From: Ferruginibacter sp.
GTDB lineage: Bacteria > Bacteroidota > Bacteroidia > Chitinophagales > Chitinophagaceae
Direction: 5' to 3'
Assembly: GCA_039926045.1 (NCBI GenBank)
Contig: JBDSXS010000087.1
Coordinates: 1-47,920 of the forward strand
DNA length: 47,920 nt
Made by a program: the position numbers and the translations under genes. Below are positions 46,317 to 47,920 of this stretch, one piece after another. The notes under the pieces were generated by a model. That model saw only the letters and a list, made by a program, of their open reading frames with translations. It was not told the DNA's origin and searched no databases. Position 1 is the first letter of the stretch. Each line of letters starts with the position of its first letter.

Positions 46317-47711
46317 TTAAGTTACATCTGAAGGTCCCTTTACCTTGATTTTTACTTTTTTTACCCTAATTGATCCCTTTTTATGGATCAATTTTTCTAT
46401 AAGCCAGTTTTCAAAACGGTGATGGGCGGGTATTAATATTGCTGCAATAGCCACGAAGATGAACATTTCATAAACGGGAGTATGATTTGTAAATGCAGCA
46501 ACAGTAGGATGCAAAAGCAGGGTAAGGTATTCAAACAAGATCAACAGCGAAAGTATACCAAGGATCTTTATCACCCTCGTATGTATTTTAATACGGCTGA
46601 GCAAAAGTGTCATGAGAAAGAATCCGGGAATAAAAAATCCGATAAATAATAATTGCAATTGCTGCTTTCGTTCCTTACGTGCAATTTTTTTATTTTCTTC
46701 AATCTCCTGCTGGCGGAAGTTTTCGTTGCTCGTCATCAATTGTAGTTCCCTGATCTTTGCTCTACTGTTTATTGAATCGTTCAGTATTTGCACCCTGGTT
46801 AAATAAACGTAGGCACTGTCTGTATTCTCAACAGCTTTATAATAATTCGCCAGAAAATTGGCTGCATCCAGTTGCCAGGTCATAAAACCCGCTTTTTCTG
46901 CAATCTGTTGTGAAAGAGAGGCATAGTAAACTGCAGAATCGTTCTTATGCAGTTGCTGCTGGTACAGTTTAGCCAGTCCTAGTGCGGCTTCACAAAGTAC
47001 TTCATCATTATTTGACATTGTTAAATGTTCTATAGCTGTACGGTAATACAAGAGGGAAAATGGAGCATTACCTTGCTTAAAATATATATTTCCCAAACCC
47101 GTCATTGAATTGCCTATATAATCATCATTTTTTAAGTTATTGGAAATGATCAGCGACTTATTAAAATAACTGAAAGCTGAATCTGTATTATTGATCCTGT
47201 CGTAAACATCTCCGAGGTTCATGTAGATATTATATTTCACATCTTCAAGGTTATTCAGCTGGATCACTGAATCTGACTTGTAATAATATTCCAGAGCTTT
47301 GTTGTATTCTTCCTGGTATCTGTACACTATGCCGATATTCATGAGTGCCATGGCAAGATTGCGTGGATTTTTGCCTTTTTCCTCCAGTTTAAGTTTACGG
47401 AGGTTAAGTTCCAGTGCTTTAGTATAGTTTCCCATTTTACGAAAAGTATTGGCTAAAGCACCTAAAGATTTTGATTGTCCTTCTGTATATCTTATTGCTG
47501 TTGATAAACTGAGGGCATTTTGTGCATACATCAATGCCGATTCAGGATCATACACATTCATGATACCTGCAAGGTTCCACATCAATTTAACTTTAACGGT
47601 GTCAGTCCTTTCAATGCGCAATAAACCAAGCAGGCTGTCGGCTTTTTGTTTTTGGGCCGTTAAACCCACAGGCAAAAACAAAAAAATAATTACTATAGAT
47701 CTCAAAAGCAT
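46317..47711 (-). CDS. TPR-repeat membrane protein with three C-terminal TM helices
   Basis: Signal peptide; multiple TPRs (NIGIVY..QEEYNKALEYY, NLGDVY, GLGNIY); coiled coil; 3 TMs; short basic tail; no kinase domain. Confidence 0.88.
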   Translation of the reverse strand: MLLRSIVIIFLFLPVGLTAQKQKADSLLGLLRIERTDTVKVKLMWNLAGIMNVYDPESALMYAQNALSLSTAIRYTEGQSKSLGALANTFRKMGNYTKALELNLRKLKLEEKGKNPRNLAMALMNIGIVYRYQEEYNKALEYYYKSDSVIQLNNLEDVKYNIYMNLGDVYDRINNTDSAFSYFNKSLIISNNLKNDDYIGNSMTGLGNIYFKQGNAPFSLLYYRTAIEHLTMSNNDEVLCEAALGLAKLYQQQLHKNDSAVYYASLSQQIAEKAGFMTWQLDAANFLANYYKAVENTDSAYVYLTRVQILNDSINSRAKIRELQLMTSNENFRQQEIEENKKIARKERKQQLQLLFIGFFIPGFFLMTLLLSRIKIHTRVIKILGILSLLILFEYLTLLLHPTVAAFTNHTPVYEMFIFVAIAAILIPAHHRFENWLIEKLIHKKGSIRVKKVKIKVKGPSDVT

Positions 47712-47920
47712 AAATTATTTACTGAAAGGATTAGTCAATATTAAAAGCCGGGTAAAATGTAAAGACTAATATAACGGATTAAAATGTTTCCTGCATGAAA
47801 AACTTATCAGCAGCCCGTGTTCAAAAAAATAAAAGAGCATCAGTAATAACTATTTCATAAAAAATATTTACTTATCTTTTATTCCCGGAATTTATTTTAC
47901 TGTCAATAATTAAAAACATT

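Overview
This is an AT-rich bacterial window with Bacteroidota hallmarks: a T9SS C-terminal sorting signal, many lipoproteins and A-rich translation starts. A Chitinophagaceae-like origin is inferred, not proven. It holds about 45 CDS: hutH-hutU, several exported peptidases (M28, M43, M14, a caspase-like protein), an amidohydrolase, a response regulator-kaiC-kaiB-kaiB-PAS kinase operon without kaiA, a CPA1 Na+/H+ antiporter, cbpA-cbpM, mscS, a DUF5916 outer-membrane protein, a DUF6600-like protein with a long Gln/Arg tandem repeat, and a TPR/3-TM protein facing a tiny lipoprotein. I saw no complete tRNA, rRNA, CRISPR array, integrase or transposase. The non-coding DNA is unusually structured. 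There is a tRNA-Cys-like 3' fragment at 7.6 kb, followed by a decayed integron-like cassette region with about 200-bp attC-like sites (7.9-12.4 kb). There are also several REP-like and short-period inverted repeat families, palindromic elements sitting in frame inside hutU, a TIR-bounded element that truncates a duplicated gene start, and a candidate sRNA at 26.3 kb. The best candidates for undescribed systems are the attC-like cassette system, the lipopeptide plus TPR-3TM receptor pair, the Kai-kinase module and the coding palindromic inserts. All family calls come from motif recognition by eye; no searches were run.
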